From Roseibacillus sp. (GTDB taxonomy: Bacteria > Verrucomicrobiota > Verrucomicrobiia > Verrucomicrobiales > Akkermansiaceae): 64,000 nt of DNA. The notes below the pieces were generated by a model. That model saw only the letters and a program-made list of their open reading frames with translations, did not search any database and was not told where the DNA came from. This document shows positions 39,507 through 49,724 of the stretch, one piece after another. Every line of letters starts with the position of its first letter. Position 1 is the first letter of the stretch. The position numbers and the translations under genes are program-made. Where the stretch lies: positions 224,001 to 288,000 of the forward strand of contig CBDEUM010000034.1 of assembly GCA_965242925.1 (NCBI GenBank). Reading direction: 5' to 3'.

Positions 39507-42500
39507 TCCTTCTTCGGGCTAAAGGTGAATCCAGCAGCAGATGGGGAGCCCTTCCCCACCGTGACTTTCACCTCCTGTTCACCAAACACCTCGTGCCATG
39601 CAGCCAGGGTATACTCGCCCGGCGGCAGGCCGGGAATCGAGAAGCGCCCCTCGCTATCCGTCACCGCGAAGAAGGGGTGATCCATCACCCAGAAGTGCGC
39701 CGTCATCCAGCGATGGAAGTCGCATTTGATCGTGATGGGTCCCTCGGCCGCCTCAAAGGTCTTCCTGCGGTCCGGTGAACCGGGCGGCTGGGCGATGTTG
39801 AAGGGGCGGTTCTTCCGGGAGAGGGAACGAATATTGTGCATGAAGGGGTCGCCATTCTTCATGACGAGCTCCTGGCCAACCCGCAACCCCTGGACCCTGG
39901 GACGGAATACCGATTTCTGCTGGTCAATGACAGCGGGAGCGCTCGGCACCGGGAAATCTCCCCGCACCGGAGTCTTCACATGGACGAAGACGTTGGCGAG
40001 GCCGCCGGATTTGCTGATCAGGATGCTCTCGTCAAAAGCGGGCTTTCCGTTGTAGAGCTTCCGGCTCGGCTCGTCCATCGGGAGGCGGTTCCGCTCGGGA
40101 CGCCTGCCCTCGAACCGGACCGTGCCGCTGAGTGCCGGCTTCTCCTTTGCCGTCACATCGACCACCTTGGCTTTGAGGATGAGCTCGCGAAACTCGCCAT
40201 CACCCACGCCAGCCAGTGAGTCCTGGAAGGCGATCAGACTGGGGAAGTCATCTTCGGAAATCTTCAGCCCATCGTAACCGAAATCGCCATTGAAGGCCTT
40301 CAACATCTTCCGCTGCAGAATCGCTTCGAGCTCGCTCGCTGACCATTTCCGATCGCGCAGCGAACCACCCCCGGGAATCCCGAAGCCCGGCGAAGAATGG
40401 CACGCCGCGCAGTTGGTAACCTTCACGTCCCCCTCGGAACCGAGGAAGGTTTTGAATCCATCGTAGGCGGCGCGGTCCATGCCGGGCGGCAGCTTGAGCA
40501 GGACGCGTCCCTCCTGGTTGGCGAGCCGACCGTGGATGCGCCCCGTGAACTGGCGTGGCGCTTCTGCCCTGCGTGGCTTGTCGGGGATGCGGTTGACATA
40601 GACGAAGGCGTCGAAGGGAGAGCGGAGGGAACTGTCGAGCCGGTGGATACCGGTCTTTTCCTCGAGCGATTTTTGCGCACTCGAACCGGGGCCGGGCTCG
40701 GCAGGAATCTCGGTCGCCTTGCCCCCCTGGGCGACGTAGTCGAGAATCCTGACGAAGGACTGACCTGCATTAGTCATTTTGACCTCCGCCCGGCGCCGCT
40801 GCTGAAACAGACGCCCCACGCGTTCGCGCTGCTCCTTGGTCAGCGTCCCCATGACCCGGTCGACGTAGGGCTGGTGCGGCCCCTGATGGTATTCCTTCGG
40901 AAGTGCCCGCGCCTCAATCTTTGCCAGGAGGGCCCCAAGTTTCTTGGCCTCCTCCTGCCGCGCCGCGGCCGACTGCACGCCCTGCTCCTGGAGGCTGAGC
41001 CCGATTGGGGCCAGTTTCGCTCCGCCGGTTTCCTCGGCATCCTTCGGGATCTCCAGTTTGATGATCGTGCCGCAGGCGTTCTCCATGTGTCGGGCCGGCC
41101 CGCTGGTACTGGTCCACACGTTGCCATCCTTGTCGAACTCGATCTCGCGGGTGTAGCTGACGCGAAATGGCAGCGGAAACTCGATGAGGTATTCGGTCTC
41201 CGGGTTGAAGCGGTAGAGCGTATCGTTGTGGGTGCCGCAGATCCAGACCATGCCGTCAGGAGCGACGTTGAGAGCGTAGGGAATCTGGTTGATGTAATCG
41301 GGCAACGGGTAGGTCGTCCACTCCTCGGTCTTGGGATCAAACTTGCCGAACACTCCTGAGCCAAAACCCGGAACCCAGACATTTCCATCGGGAGCCACAT
41401 GCAGTCGCCGCGGTCCTCGGAAGGGCGGATTCCACTCGGTGATATCGCCATCCGGCGCTTTCGGATCGATGCGACCAATGCGATTGCCGTTGAGCTTGGA
41501 ATACCAGATCGTCCCGTCGACCGGAGAGTAGTCGAGGCCGTAGGGAGTGATTCCTTTTGACTCGCCCTTGCCGCCTGCCTTGACCTGTCCGGCGTCGAGG
41601 AGGTGATATTCCTTGCGCTCGAGGGTCTTTGGGATGGAACCGGAAGACCGAGTTGCGACCGGCATCGGTGTACCAGATGTAGCCCTTCGGATCCTTGGGA
41701 TCGACCCGCAAGGTGTGCGGCCACGAACCGCGTTCGGCCGGGGGTTCAGCGCTGGAAAGGATGGTGTATTCCTTGGTCTCGAGATCGAACTTCGCCATCT
41801 CGCCGGAAACGCAGAGGGTAAGCCACATTTCGCCATCGTTGTCGGGTTCGATGGAGTGCGGGCCATGCGAACCGCGGGGCAGACGATAGTAAATCCGCTC
41901 CCCGGTCTTCGGGTCGAGGGTGGCCGTGTATTGCTTGCCGATGTGAACGACGTAGGCGAGACCGTCGTCTCCCACTTCGAGATCGTGAAATGAGCCCACG
42001 TAAGGCTCTCCCATTTCCCATGACGTGAGCTTCGCCTTCGTCACCATTCCGGTCGGCGCCGGCGGCGGGACATACTTGGGCCAACTGTCGACGGCATTGT
42101 CCTTATAGGTATCTATAATTCGCGGGATGATCGTCTCCTTGGTATGGGCGTAGAGACCACCGAACCCATCCATTCGCTTGATCATCGTCTCCCAGTCGAC
42201 CGGCTTCTCCGGCGTGCGAAAGCCAGGAGTGCCAATCTGATGGCAGTAAGCGCACATCATTTTAAAGTTCAACCTGTCGCGCGGGCTCTCGAACTTCAGT
42301 TGGGCGAAGGCACTGCTGGCGGGGCGCTGCGCTTCCAGTTCCTTGCCGGTGGCCGGTTCCATCGTGATTGCAATGGCCTCCTTGCCGAGTTTCACGTTTT
42401 CGATCCACTGGTCGCGCTGACCGGGCAGACGGGCGCGGATTTTGAAGGTGGCGTCGGGCAGGCTTTCGATCCGGAAACGCCCATCGGGTTGGGAGAAAAC

Positions 42501-44333
42501 GGAAGTGCTCTGGCGTCGCCCAGAGTCGAACGCCGAGATCATCACCCCTCCCATCGCTTTCCCTGACGAACCTTTCACAAGACCGGAAACGGCGCCCGTC
42601 CTACCGGCAGGCTTGCCCGGTTCCCGACGGATCTCGGCCTTTCCCTGCTTCTTGATATGGGGATTTCTTTTCGCCTTGGGCTTGCCATCGGCAGCGGGTC
42701 GTCCCCCCGATCGCACGTAATCGAGGATCCGGATAAAGGACGCCCCGCGATTCTTCATCCCGGGGAAAAGGCGTTCCTGTTCCTTCCAGAGCCGGGCCAC
42801 TTCTCCTGCCTTTTCAGGAGGTGCCGTTGCAAACCACTTGTCGACGAAAGGCTGATGACCATTGCCCCCCGGATAGTCTTTCGGAATCTCGCGTTTTGCG
42901 ATCTGTTCAAGCAACACGCGAGTCGACTTCGAGGGCCCGGGTTGAGCAACAGGAGGCGGCTTCTTCCCGGAGGCGGCTTGTGGAGGGCTTACTTTTTTCC
43001 CGGTAAAGGTGCCTCCCTCTTCGAGGCAGTAGAGAAAACGCATCCCCCGCAGGAACAACTGTTTCCCTGCCAGCGTCGGCGAGGCGTGAAATTTGTCGTC
43101 CAGTTGGTTGGTGGCGAGAACCTTCATTTCCCGTCCCTGCTTCAGGACGAGAACGGCGCCCTTCCGATCCGTCATGTAGATCCGACCCGCGGCCCCCACT
43201 GGCGATGCGTAAATGTCGCCGAGACCGGGAAGCCGAACCCGCTCAATGACCCGGCTGCCATCCTTGGCATCGAGGCAGGTCATGATGTTCTGGTTGGATT
43301 GGGTGATGTAGAGGAGCCCATCGTAGAGGATGGGCGATGGCACATAGGGCGTACCCCGCTCGACTTTCCAGAGGATGGAGTCCGTGACGTCTCCTTTTCC
43401 CGTGATCGGGATGGCGAGAAGGGAATACCCCTGGTAGCCGCTCATGCAGTAGACCACTTCTCCGTCGACGATCGGGGAAGGGATGCAGTTGCCGGTCAGG
43501 CCTCCCGCTTCCCAGATAATCTCACCCGTGTCGAGGTTGTAGCTGCGGACCTTCCTGGAGGCGGTGGTGATCACCTGGGTCACCCCATTGTGCTCTGCGA
43601 TGGCCGGGGTCGCCCACGCGTTCTTCTCCTCCCGATCCTTCTTCCAAAGCGTCTTCCCATTCCCGGCGTCCATTACCTCGATGGTGGATTGCCCGGCATG
43701 ATCGCGAACGACCACGATCTTCCCGTCATGCACAACCGGCGAACTGCCTTCACCCAGGCTCGCGCCCACTTTCGCGGGCCCGAGATCGCGATCCCAGAGC
43801 TTCTTTCCATCGAGATTGTAAGCGAACATCCCGGCCGACCCAAACCAGCAGTAGATCCGCTCCCCATCACAGATGGGCGAGGCCGAGGAAAAGCTGGCGT
43901 CCCGGTGATGCCCCTCGTGAGGGACGAGAGTCTTCGCCACGTCCCGCCAAAGCTCTTTCCCTGTCTTCCGGTCAAGGCAGAGAACGATCATCTGATAGCC
44001 GGTGTTGGGATGCTTGATCCCAAAGACCCTTTCCGGCTGATCCTCCGGCTTCGGCCGGGAAGGATCGACCCGGCCGGTGTTGACGGCGGTGGCCACGAAG
44101 ACTCGATCGCCCCAAACAATCGGGCTGGAGGTGCCGTGGCCTTCAATCGCCACTTTCCACGCAACGTTTTTCTTCTCGCTCCACTCCAGCGGTGGCTGCG
44201 CCGTGCGGGAAACGCCGTTGTTCTCGGGGCCGCGCCACTGGTGCCAATTCTGCCCGACTGAATGGCGGACAGGCTTCGCCCCAACAGAAGAAGCAGATAC
44301 TACACAGAGAAGAGTCAGAAAAAGGAGCCTCAT
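39503..44333 (-). pseudogene. Multidomain secreted protein (PQQ-like propeller, carboxypeptidase-regulatory-like domain, cytochrome c, Vgb-like propeller, second cytochrome c, cupredoxin-like domain) interrupted by a single +1 frameshift at ~41630
   Basis: ORF 41337-44333 looks protein-like up to ...VFRFHP and ORF 39503-41866 looks protein-like from KTLERKEYH. Removing one base in CCCAAAG joins them into ~1609 aa. Could be a sequencing error rather than a true pseudogene. Confidence 0.75.
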
Positions 44334-44638
44334 GATTTTCCTTCGTTAGGATAGTGTATACATTGACGCCCGTCTGTCAGACCTCAACGGGTGACCAGAG
44401 CGTTGGTTATGGAGACGGACAATTTCAGCAGCAGGATCGATGACGGCTCTCTGACTATCTTCCTCGCGAATCGTCCAAATTCGGAACTTTTTTTGCCACT
44501 GGTGCTCAGTTCCCCGAAAACAGGGGCAGCAGGCCAGCCCCCCTGAGGGTGGCGGGGAATCTCTGGATCCTGATCGCCGCGCACGGAAGAATTCCCGGAA
44601 GAGCTTTCATCAGCCCACCTCCCAAGGAGGATCAGGCC

Positions 44639-45691
44639 CTACAGGAGGGCATCCAGGATCAGATTGACGGATTCGATGATCCTCTGTTCCCGGGGGCGCA
44701 GGTCGGGTTCGAAGCTCTCACCCGTCAGATGTTGCAACCCCTGGATGTAGCGCACCGCAATTTCATTCGCCTGTTCCTGGGAGAACTGCTGTCCTTTCTC
44801 CTTCACCATCCCGCGGGCGAACTCCTTGGAAAAGGACACCGGCTTGCCATCGCGGGTCAGAAGGTCTCCCTCCTCATCCACCTTCCAGAAACGGGAGGAA
44901 TCCATGGTGTAAAGCTCGTCAGCTGCAACAATCTCTCCGTCCACGTTGATCCCGTGCTCAGTCTTGGTGTCCACCAGCACCATCCCCTTCTCTGCCAGGT
45001 ATTGGGATACGATCCCGAAGGCCATCAGGGAGGAATTGCGAATCTGGGCGTACTGGCCCGCACTGCAGATACCATTTTCGATCAGATACGCTGCGTCGAT
45101 CGTGCGGTCTTCCGCCTCTTTCGTGCTCGGGGTATCCATCAGATAAGGAAGCAACCCGTTGGGTTGGAGCTCAGCCACGGTAAGTTCGTGACCTGCATAC
45201 TGCATGGTGCTCTGGCCCTCCTCCTTTGCTGCGATCCAGTGCTGATACAGTGAGGTCGACGTTGAACTTTCGGCCATGTAAAGACGCAAGACATTCTCCA
45301 GTTTGACGAGATTGAGGTTCTCGGCAGGAATCACCGTTGAGACAGGAGACAAACCATCGACCTCGAACTGGGAAGATCCCAGCACCGATCGGACCAGTCG
45401 GAGCATGTGGTCGTGGTTGAAGGCCAGGACCTGGTCCTTGAAGGGAATGGCACCCCGGTTGACATCATGGGTGGAGATCCGGTTGTTGCGGAACATGAGG
45501 CGAATCGACCTGCCGGAGGAAGTCTTCACCGCATCGCCAAAAACGGAATCGGACACTTTGCCCTCAAGGACCGTGCTGCCATTCAGTCGGGGAAGTTCAC
45601 CATCTGCGATCAACTGCCTGATTGGACGGCCCTCATTCACCGCGACTCCATGAGTCGCTACCAGTTCAAGAATCTCCTGTTCGTTCAGCAT
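44639..45691 (-). CDS. purC: SAICAR synthetase-like protein (divergent PurC)
   Basis: GKV, RIS..D, IPFK.QVL, TPSTK, LVDTK.E.G, DEL.T.DSSRFW, SKEF.R. Confidence 0.75.
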   Translation of the reverse strand: MLNEQEILELVATHGVAVNEGRPIRQLIADGELPRLNGSTVLEGKVSDSVFGDAVKTSSGRSIRLMFRNNRISTHDVNRGAIPFKDQVLAFNHDHMLRLVRSVLGSSQFEVDGLSPVSTVIPAENLNLVKLENVLRLYMAESSTSTSLYQHWIAAKEEGQSTMQYAGHELTVAELQPNGLLPYLMDTPSTKEAEDRTIDAAYLIENGICSAGQYAQIRNSSLMAFGIVSQYLAEKGMVLVDTKTEHGINVDGEIVAADELYTMDSSRFWKVDEEGDLLTRDGKPVSFSKEFARGMVKEKGQQFSQEQANEIAVRYIQGLQHLTGESFEPDLRPREQRIIESVNLILDALL

Positions 45692-45814
45692 TGGTTGGAT
45701 GTGTTGGACGCACTTGCTACTACCAGATCCGGTCGGAGGGTAGTCGAAAATTCTGTGTAGCCCCCTGACGGGGTCAATTGCCTGAAAGATGCTCCCGGAT
45801 GTTTTTGTCTCCGG

Positions 45815-46807
45815 TTACTTCCCGGATGGCCCGATCCGTCGACTGCGGATCTTCGGACAGATCTCCTTGCCGTCGGTCAGGTTGGGTTTCGCCGCGATCC
45901 CGAGCTGCGAGGGGGATTTCCCGACCCACCGGCTTTCACGGCCCTTGACGTCGATGCGCCCATTTGCAGAGTCGATGGTGAGGGTGGCGAAGAGGCTGTC
46001 GCGGTAGGGGCAGGTGTACTCGACAAAGCGGAACTTGGAGTGGACCTCGGCCGGGTAGCTCTTGTTGCGGTAGGATCCGCCGACCCATTTATAGGAGGCC
46101 GAGTTGACGTGCAGGCAGGAGAGACTGCCCGCGCGGGCCACGTGGTCAATGTGGGTGTGCCCGTTGATTGCCAGCAGGACCTTGTCGGCGGCTGCGTTCA
46201 GCAGCGCCTGGACCTCTTTCGCGTTGTCGATGCTCGACGGACCGGCCAAGGGTTGGTGACTGATCACAAGGATCGGGCCCTTGAGGGTTTTCAGTTGTTC
46301 GGCGAGCCACGCGAGCTGTTTCTCCCCTATGTGCGCGGGGTAGCCTCCCTTGTGGTTCTTTGGTTTCTCGTTGCCATCGAGGACGATCAGGTCGAGGCCG
46401 TTGATGTTCTCGGTGTAGTAGCGTCCCTTCATGCCCCAGAGCTTGGCTACTTGATCGAAGGAGTGCCCCCCATCAACCTCGTGGTTGCCGAGGACGTGCA
46501 GGGTCCTGGGATGAGCCTTTTCAAAGGCCTTGGTTACCGCCTCGTTTTTCTTTGTCGGATAGGCGAAGTCGCCGAGCTGGATCAGCGCGTCGGGCTTTTC
46601 TTCCTTCATGGCATCAAGAAAGGCCTTCAGTCGCGCCGGTCCATCATGCATCACGTCCTGGTGCAGGTCGGCAATCAGGCCGAGCTTGATGGGGTTTTTG
46701 ATTTTCGCCAGAGCAGCCATGACCTGACGGGGCAGGATGATGGAGGTCGCCACCACGCCGGTGGCGCGGCAGAAATCACGTCTTGGTGAGATGAATTTTT
46801 TCTTCAT
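45815..46807 (-). CDS. Tat-exported calcineurin-like metallophosphoesterase
   Basis: PRRDFC signal; ADLH, LGDF, GNHE, SHQP, GHTH. Confidence 0.9.
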   Translation of the reverse strand: MKKKFISPRRDFCRATGVVATSIILPRQVMAALAKIKNPIKLGLIADLHQDVMHDGPARLKAFLDAMKEEKPDALIQLGDFAYPTKKNEAVTKAFEKAHPRTLHVLGNHEVDGGHSFDQVAKLWGMKGRYYTENINGLDLIVLDGNEKPKNHKGGYPAHIGEKQLAWLAEQLKTLKGPILVISHQPLAGPSSIDNAKEVQALLNAAADKVLLAINGHTHIDHVARAGSLSCLHVNSASYKWVGGSYRNKSYPAEVHSKFRFVEYTCPYRDSLFATLTIDSANGRIDVKGRESRWVGKSPSQLGIAAKPNLTDGKEICPKIRSRRIGPSGK

Positions 46808-46841
46808 AATTTTCTGGGAAGGTGTTTTTAGCTTACACACA

Positions 46842-48269
46842 TCATTTAAGGATACACTCCGGATTCGGCAACTTCGGAACCGGGGCCTTGGTATTCTTTT
46901 GCCAGGCATCCATCTCCGCGCGCAACCGGGCGGCGCGTTCCGGCATTTCCTTTGCCAGGTTCTTCCTCTCGCCCCGGTCCTCCTTGAGGTTGTAGAGGGC
47001 GATGGAGTCGTCCTCGTGGAACTCGATCAGCTTCCACTGACCATGCAGCAGGCTGGTGGAGGGGAATCCACGCCAGGAGTAGGTTTTCCCCTGAGGCACG
47101 CGAATATCCAGGCCCCGGCCCTGCAGATACAGGGGGTAGTGCCAGAAGATGCTGCGCTCCGCGATTTTTTCGCCCCGCAACAGGGGAGAAATGTCGACGC
47201 CGTCGATTGGTTGCTTTTTGGGCAATTCACCACCGGCAAGCGAGGTGAAGGTGGGCAGGAAGTCGACGCTGGTGACAGGGATTTCGCAAGTCGTCCCAGG
47301 CTTGATCCTGCCAGACCAACGCATGCAGGTGGCAACCCGCACACCTGCCTCGAAGAGCGATCCCTTCTGCCCGCGCAGGGGATCTAACTGCGAAACCTTC
47401 GGCAAGCCCCCGTTGTCGCTGGTGAAGACGATCAGCGTGTTCTCCGCGATCCCCAGTTCGTCTACCTTGCCCGCTACCCTCCCGACGGAGCGATCGACGG
47501 CCTCGATCATGGCCGCATAGACAGGGTTGAAACGCGCACGCGCACTAGCCGGAAGGGCCGCCAGTTTCTCCTTATAGCGTTCCGTAACCTTCTTACGGGC
47601 CCGGTGCGGGCCGTGCACATCCCAGTGCGTGAGATAGAGAAAGAATGGTCCGTCGCGGTTTTTCTCGATGAACTGCAAGGCGCGGTCCGTCATTTTTTCG
47701 GCCACGTCCACGTTGCCGTAGAACTTGCCCCCGGGGCCGCCTTTGCCGTTGGCTGTGCTGAGGTGAAAGCCCTGGACATCCTCGCCCAAGTGCCACTTGC
47801 CGATCCTCGCTGTTCGGTAGCCCGCTTCCCCGAGCACTTCTGGAATGCAGACGAAGGAAGGCTCGAGCGAGTTTCTGATGGCGAATTGCGCGGCGGCCTT
47901 CTTTTTCAACGCCTGGTCCTTTCGTTCCCTTGCCGGTACCAGCAGGCGCATGTATTTGGGATTCCCCTTGGACATCCCGCCCGGGGTGTAGATCTGGTGA
48001 CGGGGCGTATAGGTGCCCGACATCAGGCAGGCCCGGGTCGGGGCGCAGTTCGGACCACCCGAGTAGGCTGAGGTGAACTTCATGCCCCGCTTGGCGAGGC
48101 GATCGATATTGGGCGTCTCGAAGAATTCGCATCCCATGAAGCCCACGTCCTTCCAGCCGAGGTCGTCAGCGAGGATGAAGATGAAGTTGGGTTGCTTGGC
48201 CTTTTGAGCATGCGATTCGGCCAGCAGGAAACCCGCGAGAAAACATGCGGCTAGAGTGCTAATATTCAT
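46842..48269 (-). CDS. Sulfatase (Cys-type, S1 family)
   Basis: LADDLGW, CAPTRACLMSG, GKWHLG, TSDNGG, KGSLFEAGVRV. Confidence 0.94.
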   Translation of the reverse strand: MNISTLAACFLAGFLLAESHAQKAKQPNFIFILADDLGWKDVGFMGCEFFETPNIDRLAKRGMKFTSAYSGGPNCAPTRACLMSGTYTPRHQIYTPGGMSKGNPKYMRLLVPARERKDQALKKKAAAQFAIRNSLEPSFVCIPEVLGEAGYRTARIGKWHLGEDVQGFHLSTANGKGGPGGKFYGNVDVAEKMTDRALQFIEKNRDGPFFLYLTHWDVHGPHRARKKVTERYKEKLAALPASARARFNPVYAAMIEAVDRSVGRVAGKVDELGIAENTLIVFTSDNGGLPKVSQLDPLRGQKGSLFEAGVRVATCMRWSGRIKPGTTCEIPVTSVDFLPTFTSLAGGELPKKQPIDGVDISPLLRGEKIAERSIFWHYPLYLQGRGLDIRVPQGKTYSWRGFPSTSLLHGQWKLIEFHEDDSIALYNLKEDRGERKNLAKEMPERAARLRAEMDAWQKNTKAPVPKLPNPECILK

Positions 48270-48294
48270 AGGGTTCTTTTTTGAAATCCTGGGT

Positions 48295-49698
48295 TTATTT
48301 CCGACGCGTGCGGTGTTGCCGTTCGGATTTGACCTTGAATTCGGGGATGGCTTTTTGGGGCAGCCATTGGGAGAGTTCCTTTATAACAGCTTGGTGGGCT
48401 GGATCCTTCGCAAGGTTGTGGAATTCGTCGGAGTCGGTTCGATGATCATAGAGCTCCTTGGCGCCGTCCTCATAGGAGATCAGCCGCCAATCCCGTGACC
48501 TTACGGAGTGATTGCCGAAATACGCGGAGGTGATGGCGGGACGATCCCTGGCCGCTTTCGGGTCGTTGAGTTGCGGGATAAGTGAAAGCCCCTCGAGACG
48601 TGGGTTTTTCGGCAAGTCGCACAACTCGACCAGGGTGGGATAAAGGTCGAGAAGGCTGGCTGGTTCCAGGCAAGGCTTCCCGGGCCTGATCCCCGGTCCG
48701 GCAAAGACGAGGGGAACCCGGGTCGATTCCTCCCACAGGGTGCGCTTGGCCCAGTGGTGCTTCTCGCCGAGGTGAAATCCGTGATCGCTCCACATGACAA
48801 TCAGGGTGTCTCCGGCATGGGAGCTGGATTTCAGGGCATCCAAAACGATACCCACGCAGTGATCAACAAAACTGATGGATGCCAGGTAGGCCTGCGTCAG
48901 GCTTCGCTGCTTGCCGTGTTCGATCACCTCGGCATGGGTGGGAGCAACTGCATAGTTATTGATGCCGAGAAAGTTCTTCGGAACATCGTTGAGATCTAAC
49001 TTGAGAATTCGTGGCAGCGTCAGGGATTCTGCATCGTAGAGATCAAACCATTTGGGCGGCACAAAGAGCGGAACGTGAGGACGAAAGAAACCGACGGACA
49101 TGAAAAAGGGTTTGTCAAAATCCTCCCCAAGCACTGCGGCCGCGTCTTGCGCCAGTTGGACGTCGGCCATCTCGGCGTCCTTTCCCGGATAGGCTCCCCA
49201 ATCCCAGGCCCCACTCCAGTCTGCCGGTCGACTCATCGGACTCTTCGGGCGCGGGCTCTTCTTCCGGCCGAGGGAGCGGTCAATGGCACCGGCCAACCTT
49301 CCATTGAAACCGTGGTGCAGCACCTTTCCCCCAGACAGAGTGTAATACCCGTTGTCCTTGAAGTATCGTTGAATTGTGGGGACGTCGGTGAGAGCAGGCA
49401 GCTCCTCGTATCTGGGCCCGAGTTCATAACTGCCGTGCGTCGTCGCCGCCATGCCTGACATCACGCTGGCTCGTGAGGATGAACAGACCGGGACGGCACA
49501 ATGGGCGTTGGCGAAATTTCGACCCCGCTTTGCCAGCGCATCCATGTGAGGAGTGACCGCTTCTGGATGACCCCCGAGAAAGCCGGTCCAGTCATTGAGA
49601 TCGTCGATGCAGATCAACAGGACGTTGGGGCGCTCAACTGCGCAGGCGACACAGGTGGAAAGCAGGCATAGGACGGATCGGAAAGCGCGGGATGTCAT
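48295..49698 (-). CDS. Sulfatase (iduronate-2-sulfatase/choline-sulfatase-like)
   Basis: IDDLND, CSSSRASVMSG, GFFRPHVP, WSDHGFHLGEK; start placed at MTSRAF (49698). Confidence 0.92.
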   Translation of the reverse strand: MTSRAFRSVLCLLSTCVACAVERPNVLLICIDDLNDWTGFLGGHPEAVTPHMDALAKRGRNFANAHCAVPVCSSSRASVMSGMAATTHGSYELGPRYEELPALTDVPTIQRYFKDNGYYTLSGGKVLHHGFNGRLAGAIDRSLGRKKSPRPKSPMSRPADWSGAWDWGAYPGKDAEMADVQLAQDAAAVLGEDFDKPFFMSVGFFRPHVPLFVPPKWFDLYDAESLTLPRILKLDLNDVPKNFLGINNYAVAPTHAEVIEHGKQRSLTQAYLASISFVDHCVGIVLDALKSSSHAGDTLIVMWSDHGFHLGEKHHWAKRTLWEESTRVPLVFAGPGIRPGKPCLEPASLLDLYPTLVELCDLPKNPRLEGLSLIPQLNDPKAARDRPAITSAYFGNHSVRSRDWRLISYEDGAKELYDHRTDSDEFHNLAKDPAHQAVIKELSQWLPQKAIPEFKVKSERQHRTRRK

Positions 49699-49724
49699 TT
49701 GACGACTGGCGTGAGCTAACCCCA

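Noticed and set aside
41627..41633. Canonical -1 programmed frameshift at C-CCA-AAG
   Set aside because: The upstream frame already reads CCC-AAA, so reaching the downstream frame needs +1, not -1.
42657..44261. Long antisense ORFs (534 aa here; also 6192-7343, 27033-28451, 32033-33334, 58761-60161, 20219-21382, 49692-50765)
   Set aside because: Shadow frames opposite well-supported genes, expected from GC-rich codon bias, with no recognisable motifs.
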